DNA of 64,000 nucleotides from Veleropilina oligotropha (Eukaryota): NCBI GenBank assembly GCA_048128005.1, contig JBEUKZ010000093.1, positions 496,001 to 560,000 of the forward strand, read 5' to 3'. Shown piece by piece: positions 34,441 to 43,056 of this stretch (position 1 is its first letter; each line of letters starts with the position of its first letter). The notes under the pieces were generated by a model. It saw only the letters and a program-made list of their open reading frames with translations, ran no database searches and was not told where the DNA came from. The position numbers and the translations under genes were made by a program.

Positions 34441-35101
34441 CTTGATCTGGTATCTTAGGCGGGCAAACATGTCCAAATTGGCAGTGCTTAGCCGTGGTCA
34501 ACGCTGCGGTCAGCGGTGCGAGGTACATGCCATATTTATAATACAGCTCACAGCTTGCAGTGGTCAGGGCATGTGAGATGAACGGGTCGGCCTCCAGGTC
34601 GGCGATCAGTCGTAGCTGGTTTGCTGGTGGAATGGGCAGGAACATCCCAGCTGCACCCGCATACAGCTGTATAGCAGCGGCCCCGAGGGTCTTCGTCATG
34701 TCAGCACCTAGCTTCGCTTCATACCGTGCGTGGTGTTTCTCAACCTCGTCGTCAGTCATATCGTCGATTCGGTCCACTGTGAGGTTACGCCCCATGTATC
34801 TGTGGGCCCCTCCAACGGCTAATGCTGCAAGCCTCTCCCGTTTCTTTGCCATCCCTATGGAGCCAGTTTCAGGTTCCTCGTGCTGCGAGCAGCGTTTGGT
34901 CGTCGAGCGGGGTGAGCTGCTGCTCACGGTCATTTCTTCCTCGTCATCCATGAGTTGATCGATGAGGCTGTCCATCCTTAAGCGTTTCCAACATCTCCTC
35001 GCCAGTCTAATATAGCGATAATGCCAATACCACAACGTTACGAGTAGCAACAAGATCAGGCCCTGGCTGAAAGCAAAAGCTATGTATACCGCGTCCGACA
35101 T
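34343..35101 (-). CDS. Hypothetical viral protein with N-terminal hydrophobic segment
   Basis: 252-aa ORF conserved with 13736-14500. Confidence 0.75.
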   Translation of the reverse strand: MSDAVYIAFAFSQGLILLLLVTLWYWHYRYIRLARRCWKRLRMDSLIDQLMDDEEEMTVSSSSPRSTTKRCSQHEEPETGSIGMAKKRERLAALAVGGAHRYMGRNLTVDRIDDMTDDEVEKHHARYEAKLGADMTKTLGAAAIQLYAGAAGMFLPIPPANQLRLIADLEADPFISHALTTASCELYYKYGMYLAPLTAALTTAKHCQFGHVCPPKIPDQDDNAGSGPSDRETADREPADREGDFFDGLISE

Positions 35102-35154
35102 GCCTAGCTAGCTAAGTAGCTGCTAAGTAGATGTTAGGGCTAGCCAAGTAGCTG

Positions 35155-35787
35155 CTAAAGCACACTATAAGCAACGGGCTGATCAGTTTTCAACAGAAGC
35201 TTAGCGTGTCGTGTCTCGGACAACAGCCGGCGAACCGCGGTCCGTTCATCCTGCGACGGGATTACATCGTTCTCGCGCAGACAGTCCTCGAAACTGTCGC
35301 GGTCCTTGCAATGGAACAGCGCGACCCAGCGGGTCTGCTCTCTGAGCTCCTTCAAGACCGAGTTGTACTTTTGCGTCACTACCCATACGCTCTGGGAAGC
35401 ATGCCTGCCGCTGAAGGCCAACAAAGTCAGCATGTCCCTCCTCTTTGCCATAGCCTTGCTCGCGGCGCAGTCGTCGATTATGTACAGAGTCGACTCCCCC
35501 TGAAACAGCCGGTAGAACCCCCGCAGCCAGTCATGGAGTCGCTCACCCGGGGGGACTAAATACACCTCAGGGTCGGTCCAGATCCACGGACAAGACTGGT
35601 ATGCTTTGTTGTACTTGATCGTGGGGCAGAGGATCACGATATGCCGGAAGACGCCTCGATACTCCCCTTCCAGCAGTTCAAGCATGAAAACCGTCTTCCC
35701 ACAACCGGTCTGGCCGCAGATGATTGCGGAGTGGGGGTCCTTGGTGTGCGGAAATCGTTTAGTACAGTGCTTCGACGAATCGGCCAT
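35155..35787 (-). CDS. A32/FtsK-HerA-like DNA packaging ATPase
   Basis: Walker A GQTGCGKT, Walker B YIIDD, GRH arginine finger and conserved Q in VVTQ; size and context are typical of Polinton/PLV ATPases. Confidence 0.9.
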   Translation of the reverse strand: MADSSKHCTKRFPHTKDPHSAIICGQTGCGKTVFMLELLEGEYRGVFRHIVILCPTIKYNKAYQSCPWIWTDPEVYLVPPGERLHDWLRGFYRLFQGESTLYIIDDCAASKAMAKRRDMLTLLAFSGRHASQSVWVVTQKYNSVLKELREQTRWVALFHCKDRDSFEDCLRENDVIPSQDERTAVRRLLSETRHAKLLLKTDQPVAYSVL

Positions 35788-37060
35788 TCTCGATATTCAG
35801 CTGTGCGTCCATGATCACGAACTCGTAGACGTTCAGTGGACCGGCCGCTTCGGCTGTTTTAGTGATCTGAATAGTAATGCCTTCGCTGGCGTTCTCGACC
35901 CTCCGGCCTGACCCGTGCAACTGATCGTCGTCAGTTACCCGCATATCGATCCAGAGCGCAAATTTCTTAGTCAGAAATTCGCCCAGGGTGACGTCTGCCA
36001 TCTCCAAGTCCTTTGCGACCATCGCGACCTCAGGATGCCGCTTGCTGCTGCCGGAGGCGAACATTTTCTTGGCTTCTTCCCAGATCTGGTATGTTCGCAT
36101 GCCCTGGCTGTAGATTTGATTCGGGACACCCTCGATTGTGACCTCGACCTTTGTGATCTTCGGATTATAGAAGGCCTCAGTATCGCGAGAGAATGGCGCG
36201 GCGTCTCTCGCAGGGTCCTCGAACAACAGTAGTATTCCTTTCATCGACCTCGCCGGTACGTTCACATTCATATTCCACAACGAGTCGCTCTTGTCTAGGG
36301 TGAGCTTCCGATGCCGGAGAACACGGTCGTACAGGATTACGAGTTGACCCTGGTATTGATTTCGAATCCGTCTGGCAAGCTCGGATTGGGTTACCATGTC
36401 ATATTCGAGGGATATATTGTCGATGGAATAGCTGGAACCGGAGTCGTCCGTCTCCCGGATAGTCCGGGAGTAGTCGTTGAACGTTAGCTCATACTCGAGA
36501 CGGTCTCCAAGGGCGCTTTGATAGAATGGCATGTGACTTTCCAACAGCTCGAAATCCAGCGGGATGCGGAATCGGTTACCGTACGCGGCCGCGACCGCGA
36601 CATCCTCAGACAGTCTAAAGGCGTCTGCCGCGCCAACACGATGCTTCGTAGTGTTGTGTCCATCGCTGGTATCAATCCCCTGGTACTGGGCGTTCTTGCG
36701 CTCCCCGGTGGTCTTCCAGAGATCGCAGTAGCAGTGGTACACGTCGGAGTCGTCAATCGACATGATCTCGTTTCCACTTATCTTTATCGTGGTCTTTCTG
36801 ATCACGGCACGGCCGATATTTTGCACTACAGTCCTATTCGCATTTACCGAGGTCAGTGAGATGGTAAATGCGAGGTGGGCAGTCCCTGGAACGATCACGT
36901 CATTCGCCCCGAGATTAGGGAACCGAACCAGGAGCTGCTGGTTCGGGGCAATCGTTGATGGATTGTTTGTAATCGTGACCGACTGGCGGATGCCCTTGAC
37001 TGCGAGGGGCTCACGCAGCCTGCGGTATGGATTAAGCTTGCGTCCGTATACGCTAGTCAT
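35759..37060 (-). CDS. Putative major capsid protein (double jelly-roll, inferred)
   Basis: ~433-aa ORF with a beta-strand-like alternating pattern, adjacent to the packaging ATPase and strongly conserved between copies. The fold is inferred from size and context, not computed. Confidence 0.72.
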   Translation of the reverse strand: MTSVYGRKLNPYRRLREPLAVKGIRQSVTITNNPSTIAPNQQLLVRFPNLGANDVIVPGTAHLAFTISLTSVNANRTVVQNIGRAVIRKTTIKISGNEIMSIDDSDVYHCYCDLWKTTGERKNAQYQGIDTSDGHNTTKHRVGAADAFRLSEDVAVAAAYGNRFRIPLDFELLESHMPFYQSALGDRLEYELTFNDYSRTIRETDDSGSSYSIDNISLEYDMVTQSELARRIRNQYQGQLVILYDRVLRHRKLTLDKSDSLWNMNVNVPARSMKGILLLFEDPARDAAPFSRDTEAFYNPKITKVEVTIEGVPNQIYSQGMRTYQIWEEAKKMFASGSSKRHPEVAMVAKDLEMADVTLGEFLTKKFALWIDMRVTDDDQLHGSGRRVENASEGITIQITKTAEAAGPLNVYEFVIMDAQLNIENGRFVEALY

Positions 37061-37096
37061 GGCTGAATTAGATGCGTATCCCACTGATGTATTCAA

Positions 37097-38410
37097 ATGG
37101 CGGAATTCGAGAACCCCGCATTCGAGCCGGACGATCTCATCGACAACGATGATACCATCATCGACGATACTGATGTGGATCTATCCACCGACCGGTTTAT
37201 GCCTGTTCTTTCGGAACGGCCACAGGAAGGAACCAGCAGTCTTCAGCAAGAGCTCGTTCAGGGCGTAGTTGACGACTACTACAAAGCCCTGGCACAGGAG
37301 GGGCAGACCCCAGCCACGGGGCGAGATTATTCAAAATTCAAGTATGTGAGGGGAAAATTAGGGAGGGGGGGGAAATTGGTGATGACGGACTACCCCGACA
37401 TCAATCTCATAAATTCTCGCACCGGCAACCCCTTGGCGTTGTCAACAATAGCTGGCCGGCCTGGTGGGGGTGATGCAATCCGTGAAGGGTTGGGTTTTGT
37501 ACACTGGACGCGGGGGGGACAAAAGCCGTCCTCAAAAGCGGTTGCAGTTCTTCAGGCAGCCGACACTGAGTTGAGCGGTGCGGCCGCTAATGTCGAAAAC
37601 ATAGAACTGCGGGACTTGGGGCAGACTGCTACTGATGCCTCGGTAGCAATCCACACGATGGAGACGAAATTCACTGATGCCGAGGTTGAAGAGATCTTAG
37701 GCACAATGGGGGACCCTCCATTAAATCTTCGCGAGCTTCGCGGACTTGACAAGGCGATGCAGACCATCCGAGGCGAACTAACCAACAATCTAGCCAAACT
37801 AACGGCGCTGGACGAACACATAGAGCTGGAGAAGATGAAGCTCGATCAGGCAGATGAAGAGGGCGGTGTGGATGAGTTCATCCGTCGACGGATCGCGGAA
37901 CGTCTGCGCGACCTGAATGATGAAAGAGCAGCTCGCCTAGAGGCAGCATCATCAAGCCGGGAGGCCCTTCGCTCTCAAATCAGCCGGATCCGAGAGATGA
38001 TAAGTCGGATCCTGAACACCGACACAACGCTGGCCGAGCGTATCCGGACCCTGTTCCGCGAGCAAGGGGTTACGATCGCAACAATACTGACCGCTATCGG
38101 GCTCGCCATCTCGACTTTGGTACTAGCCCTGACAGGTGGAGCAACAAGCCCGCCAACGCCACCACCACCTCCCAGTGGTCAGGGCGGGGTCAAGGAGTGG
38201 GTCAAAAAGCAGCTGCAGAACCTGGGAAGGATTCTAGGCAAACTAGCAGGGAAGGCCGCAGCCGTGCTCCCAGGAATACTTGGAAGCCTGGTCTCCTGGC
38301 TAATCAACCTGATTGGCAAGACAGCATCGTGGCTCGCTGAAAACCTATGGGCACTGGTCATATCAGTTGGGGGCTTGCTTCTTATTGCCGCTAGACAGTG
38401 GGTCACGTAA
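37097..38410 (+). CDS. Coiled-coil protein with C-terminal hydrophobic/amphipathic helices and a Pro-rich linker
   Basis: 437-aa ORF; acidic N-terminus, heptad-rich middle, TIATILTAIGLAISTLVLAL, PPTPPPPP; homolog in copy 1. Confidence 0.8.
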   Translation: MAEFENPAFEPDDLIDNDDTIIDDTDVDLSTDRFMPVLSERPQEGTSSLQQELVQGVVDDYYKALAQEGQTPATGRDYSKFKYVRGKLGRGGKLVMTDYPDINLINSRTGNPLALSTIAGRPGGGDAIREGLGFVHWTRGGQKPSSKAVAVLQAADTELSGAAANVENIELRDLGQTATDASVAIHTMETKFTDAEVEEILGTMGDPPLNLRELRGLDKAMQTIRGELTNNLAKLTALDEHIELEKMKLDQADEEGGVDEFIRRRIAERLRDLNDERAARLEAASSSREALRSQISRIREMISRILNTDTTLAERIRTLFREQGVTIATILTAIGLAISTLVLALTGGATSPPTPPPPPSGQGGVKEWVKKQLQNLGRILGKLAGKAAAVLPGILGSLVSWLINLIGKTASWLAENLWALVISVGGLLLIAARQWVT

Positions 38411-39686
38411 GCCAAATAAACGCTAGACCAACGACAATGCCGCCCACGATAAGTGCGGTTTTCTCCTCGTCATGTGCCGCTGGAACAGCCGCCACTGAGG
38501 CCACAGCTGGCAGAGAGCTTGGATGCTTCGGAGTAACTACCGGTATGCTTGCATCTGCGTCTTGTGGAATAACCAGTCCTGTTTCTCCAGTATCCCCAGT
38601 GGCGTTGTGCGGCACAGGATTGGCCGCGTTCACCGTAGTATTAAGACCGAGTGTCTGGTCTTCCGTGGCGACGACGATCTCATTGTTATAACCAGCCACC
38701 TGCCCGATCCGTAGAAGCATGTTACTTGGCGCCATGTACAGGCCAACGCCGAATACGAAGTCCACTTTGGACCTCGCATACTGGAGCACCTCTTGGTACC
38801 GTTTGATGGCTGCTGGGAGGTCAACGGGGGATGCGATGGCGTCTTCCACGTTCGCCAGGAACTGTTTCTGTGCGTCAAATGCCGTCCCACTACCCAGAAT
38901 ACTTGCACGCGTTTGAGCCTGCGCTCCAAGAATAGCCCAGACGTAGGTCCTGATGGAATCATTGAGCCTTTCCACGCCGGCCCTCGTGAATCCCACCGAC
39001 CTGTCCAGAATAAAAGTAGCCCAACCGTTTTTAAGTGCAGGCGCTTGCGCGATGTAGTCCACGTGCAGATTCGTGTTGGTCGTACCTTTGGTGAAGGACA
39101 TTCGGCTTGGATCATAGTCACGTCCGATGGGGTGGTAGCCGTTGTTCGTCCAGTAGCTGTAAGCGGTGCCTAGTCCGCCGTTGGGACCCTTGACACGCCA
39201 GTCGGTATGTGGGGACACTCCGAATTCGCTGCAGATCTTTTCATATGCCCTTCGGTCATACGGGGTGTCGAATGCATCCCACGTCCGGTCTTGTGGCAGC
39301 GGCGCCTGAATCTCGGTCAAGATCCTTCTGACCTGATAGTAGACGTGGAAGGTGAATACAGCAGTGGAGAGGGCTGCAGTCGCATTTAAGTGGTCTTCTG
39401 AGGAGATTCCGGAACCTGTTGTGGCACACCAAACTGCGAAATTGACCTTGTTCTGCCAGAACCTCATCGGCGTGCTGTTCCAATCCCTTATCAGCCCGTC
39501 ACTAGCGACATGAGGGAGGCGGTATTTCTGAAAGACGTCAGGGTATGTTGCCCCGAATGTAGTGGTTGAGCTATTACCCACATTGATGCTTGGTCTCGTA
39601 AGCTGCTCATCTTTGATCTTTGCTGGGTACACCACAACGGTCGGATAGGCCGCACTCCTATTAAACGCAAAGGCGCTCTTAGCCAT
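38403..39686 (-). CDS. Hypothetical virion-associated protein with a C-terminal membrane anchor
   Basis: 427-aa ORF ending ALIVGGIVVGLAFIWLT; homolog in copy 1. Confidence 0.8.
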   Translation of the reverse strand: MAKSAFAFNRSAAYPTVVVYPAKIKDEQLTRPSINVGNSSTTTFGATYPDVFQKYRLPHVASDGLIRDWNSTPMRFWQNKVNFAVWCATTGSGISSEDHLNATAALSTAVFTFHVYYQVRRILTEIQAPLPQDRTWDAFDTPYDRRAYEKICSEFGVSPHTDWRVKGPNGGLGTAYSYWTNNGYHPIGRDYDPSRMSFTKGTTNTNLHVDYIAQAPALKNGWATFILDRSVGFTRAGVERLNDSIRTYVWAILGAQAQTRASILGSGTAFDAQKQFLANVEDAIASPVDLPAAIKRYQEVLQYARSKVDFVFGVGLYMAPSNMLLRIGQVAGYNNEIVVATEDQTLGLNTTVNAANPVPHNATGDTGETGLVIPQDADASIPVVTPKHPSSLPAVASVAAVPAAHDEEKTALIVGGIVVGLAFIWLT

Positions 39687-39693
39687 AGCTACT

Positions 39694-40434
39694 ATGTTTC
39701 ACACATTAACAAACGTTCAAGAGGGGACCGCGGTTGCCCTCCTGGAGCCGATTGATAACCGGGACGGCAAGCTATGTGTCAGCTTGCAGTCGCTCGACTA
39801 TTGGGTAGGCTGGCACAACGTGCATGCCGGAGCCTTCTTTAAGACACCGGATACCACGGTCGACGTGGCACCAGGTTTCTACAGCTTCGATGACCTCGCC
39901 AAGACGATGAAGAGGTCGCTAGTTAACCTACAACTAGATGTAAGCCATGCTACAGGGCTCGCCCGAATCGTGGTCCCAGAGGGGACTCGACTCGCGATAA
40001 GCGACGATATACGAAAACTCCTCGGCTTAGACCTCTCTTCGTTTATTCTCGATAAAGCAGGGAATCTGAACCAACCGGTTCGGGGAGTACAGGGCCAACC
40101 ACCTCCCCCTCCGGAGAGATCCGAGTGGCTACGCCCTGGGACTTATGACGGGAATAAGCCTGTCGGGTTTGCCATAGCGCCAACCCTGCACGTCCACCTG
40201 GAGCAGCTTAGTACAACGCACAATGTGAAGGACGGCGCCCCGAGCACTATTCTCGCGGTGGTCCCTATCACGTCGCAGATGTTCGGTGAAGCTGGCCACT
40301 ATCATAGCTATCCCGCCGGCCGGCGACTACAGGCCGGGCTAATCACAGAGTTGAAGGTTTATGTCACAGACGCAGATGGTAACCCGATCGAGAATCACGG
40401 CATGCCCATTACCGCAGTCCTTGCGATACAATGA
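39694..40434 (+). CDS. Putative minor capsid (penton, single jelly-roll) protein
   Basis: 246 aa. PGFYS..DL, STILAVVP, and C-terminal ITELKVYVTDADGNPI...G.PI..VL.I match the usual Polinton/PLV penton pattern by eye. Confidence 0.72.
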   Translation: MFHTLTNVQEGTAVALLEPIDNRDGKLCVSLQSLDYWVGWHNVHAGAFFKTPDTTVDVAPGFYSFDDLAKTMKRSLVNLQLDVSHATGLARIVVPEGTRLAISDDIRKLLGLDLSSFILDKAGNLNQPVRGVQGQPPPPPERSEWLRPGTYDGNKPVGFAIAPTLHVHLEQLSTTHNVKDGAPSTILAVVPITSQMFGEAGHYHSYPAGRRLQAGLITELKVYVTDADGNPIENHGMPITAVLAIQ

Positions 40435-40793
40435 GCAGCATCTACGGGACCCTCCCCCTACCCCTGCTTGCAGATGAGCCCTCTTCCCCCCCGACCCGGT
40501 GGCACTTTGTCCTTAATTGTGGGGTAGCGCCCAATAAGGGGCTGGCGAGGAGGGAGTTCATGTTTCCAAACACTAGAGGTCGGTTCGGGTTGAACCCAGC
40601 CCTTCTAATGATCCACCTGACGCCGGTCCAGCCGGCCGGGGGCCCCAAGGCATGTTCCATAAGTAAACTCAGCCTGGATTCGAATAAGTTAACCCTCGCC
40701 TTTGTTGTCAAGGCCCCGTGGGTCGGCACTCTGTATTTGAACGTTACAGTAGACATTTTAAACAAACAGGCGGAACAATACAGCCACGTATGA
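40431..40793 (+). CDS. Hypothetical viral protein, 120 aa
   Basis: ORF joined to both neighbours by ATGA overlaps. Confidence 0.6.
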   Translation: MSSIYGTLPLPLLADEPSSPPTRWHFVLNCGVAPNKGLARREFMFPNTRGRFGLNPALLMIHLTPVQPAGGPKACSISKLSLDSNKLTLAFVVKAPWVGTLYLNVTVDILNKQAEQYSHV

Positions 40794-41425
40794 TGGACAA
40801 CAAACCCTCAGCGCCAACGCTGTACCCACAGCTTGGTGGCGATGTGCCTTCGGAACTGCATGAGGCACAGTCTTTCCGACTACAGAAAGTGAATGAGCTT
40901 CAGGGACAGCTAGAGCGAGAACGGGATGCCCGGGCTGCACTATATAAAAAGTACCGACGAGGTGTTAACGTCGTTGACGGTATAGATAACGGACTAGTCG
41001 TCGCCACACTTGGTATGGGTAGCGCTGGAATTGGTCTACTGTCCACAATTGTAGCCGCCCCGGTCGTCCTAGTGCTGGAACTAGCGGCATTAGGGTGTGG
41101 GCTCGCTAGTATGGGTGGAAAGTATATCAGCCGGCGCCTCGGGGTGAAGGCTAAGAAACACGACGAGATTCGAGTCCTGGCCGACAGCAAGCTGAATACC
41201 ATAACCGACCACGTCTCAAAGGCATTATCGGACGGGGTGATGTCTGATGATGAATTCCAACTGGTCACAGGGGAGATGTTGAAATACCAAGCCATGAAGG
41301 CATCAATTCGGGATAAGAGTAGGAAGGCGCACACCGCGATTTCACAGACCCAGAGCGAGCTTATTGAGCGTGGTCGTTTAGAGGGTCGTGCAGAGCTGCT
41401 GAAAAAAATCGGAGCTGGCGACTAA
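40790..41425 (+). CDS. Coiled-coil/hydrophobic-hairpin protein with N-terminal PSAP and LYPxL motifs
   Basis: MMDNKPSAPTLYPQL..., FRLQKV.E....LERERD, and a long Gly/Ala-rich hydrophobic stretch. Confidence 0.75.
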   Translation: MMDNKPSAPTLYPQLGGDVPSELHEAQSFRLQKVNELQGQLERERDARAALYKKYRRGVNVVDGIDNGLVVATLGMGSAGIGLLSTIVAAPVVLVLELAALGCGLASMGGKYISRRLGVKAKKHDEIRVLADSKLNTITDHVSKALSDGVMSDDEFQLVTGEMLKYQAMKASIRDKSRKAHTAISQTQSELIERGRLEGRAELLKKIGAGD

Positions 41426-41507
41426 CTATCCAGGTTGAGCGTAGCCACGACTACCCCGCTCCTCCCCCGTATTAAAGCTAGAAATCGACAGTGATATCTG
41501 GACAACC

Positions 41508-41939
41508 ATGAAATCCATGAAATCTATGCTACTGTGCATTGTCGCGGTGTGCTGGCTAGGGGGTGTGTCTACCCAGGCGTCGACACACAACACTGCATTA
41601 ATTCTGGAACATACGTGGACTAGGTACCGAAATCATCCCAGGTATAACGCCCGATTTGACCCCTTACGTAGAAACTTGCTTCTTCGCCCGGGTAGAGACC
41701 CCACCCCTGATGTCTCTCCACCGTCATGCCACTATTTTATTATCGGAGAGAATGACTGTAGCCCTGCCACACCAAGAGATACTGTCACATGTGTCCAGTG
41801 TTCGACCCCCTCGTTATGTCCTGGAAAAAATGGGGAGTATTATACCATGCTGTCTGGCTGCTTCGGTGTGTGGAGAAAAGTCGGACACATCTCACCCTGT
41901 AATTGTACTTTAATATCGGGCAACTATATATTCATATAA
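41508..41939 (+). CDS. Putative secreted Cys-rich accessory protein
   Basis: Signal-peptide-like MKSMLLCIVAVCWLGGVSTQA; eight Cys in the C-terminal half; ATTAAA shortly after the stop. Confidence 0.6.
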   Translation: MKSMKSMLLCIVAVCWLGGVSTQASTHNTALILEHTWTRYRNHPRYNARFDPLRRNLLLRPGRDPTPDVSPPSCHYFIIGENDCSPATPRDTVTCVQCSTPSLCPGKNGEYYTMLSGCFGVWRKVGHISPCNCTLISGNYIFI

Positions 41940-42766
41940 ACCAGCTGCTCCTGCATTAAAACATATTTTTCCGGCTTTCCCCTGCGTATATTGTACCATT
42001 CAAAGTTGGTTGAAGTTCACGCAGGGGCTGCTTCACCTCTTTGTCTGATTGCGCTTGTAAAAAAAAAGATAAAATTGAAAAACTCGAAAAAAATATTCTG
42101 TTTATTGTTATTATTGCTTAAGTATGTATCATTGATGTCTCTCCTGTATATTCTTGTGTACATTGTACTGTAATATTAGTTATAGTTTGTACTGCGCTTA
42201 GAGCTACACTAGGAGAGACATCAATGTATTAAATAATAATATTAATATCCCAGTCAGCCATCTACTTGGTTCATTCGTGCCCGATTTATGAATGGCAACA
42301 GTCGTTAAAAGCATGACACGCCATTTCTATAGTACTATAGAAATGCGGTCTGGCTGCTTCTGCGCGTATGAATGAAATACCTCGCAGTCCCGAGTCGACC
42401 CAGATATAAAAATTTTCTGGCTCAAGTCAAGAAAGATTGGCCCAGATTTCTTTTTCTGGTCTCCAACATTCCGTTTGGCACAGAAAGAATATATCAGTCC
42501 CCATGTTTACATGGTGGACAGTAATCTAGTGGAGTCATGGTCACGTGGCAATACAGCCTTCTAGAATGATCACAGATCGTCAACAAGTATGTGTACGTGG
42601 AAAGCTCTAGAACGAACAGAGCTCGTCAACAAGTTATATATGGAAATGTGGCAATAAACTGATCTAGAAGGCTGTAGAAGGCTGGAGGGGGATTAGTGAT
42701 GTGAGTTTCGGCCGAAATGTCCACAGGTAAGTGGTTTAATTTAATTTACTATTCTAAGCTACCCCT

Positions 42767-43056
42767 GCTGTACACACGGTGACTTTTTGTAATACAATCT
42801 ATACCCCGGGGGTCTGAAATATAGCTGGGAGCCTTCCCGGTCGCCCCGGGGCCCTAGTCTAAACTCCCCTGCTGACTAGTCCGAGCTACCCTGAGTTCTG
42901 AAATGGTGCTGGGCGCTGTATTTTCCCATTCTAAAAAGTCTACTGACCCCCCCTGCTGCTGAGTTGAGATCCATATTAATTCTGAAAAAGTGCTGGGAGC
43001 CTTAATTTCCCTCGCCGCGCCCCCAGATAAAAGGTATGGTCACCCCCCCTGCTGCT
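42767..43056 (-). repeat. Right terminal inverted repeat
   Basis: Reverse complement of 27154-27443, ending CACCCCCCCTGCTGCT. Confidence 0.95.

Larger units (their letters stand above)
27154..43056 (+). mobile_element. Polinton/Maverick-like endogenous virus, copy 2, apparently intact (15,903 bp)
   Basis: ~290-bp TIRs, AG...CT termini, and a TATGT TSD at 27149-27153 and 43057-43061. Integrase, PolB-like, packaging ATPase and capsid-like ORFs are all open. Confidence 0.96.

Noticed and set aside
28162..39483. Numerous antisense and alternate-frame ORFs inside the viral genes
   Set aside because: Shadow ORFs expected in GC-rich coding DNA; no motifs and not consistently preserved between the copies.
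27154..43056. Interpretation as a bacterial prophage/contaminant or as a Helitron
   Set aside because: It is integrated with a TSD in a eukaryotic repeat array and has an rve integrase and TIRs. The SF1 helicase is not joined to an HUH Rep domain.
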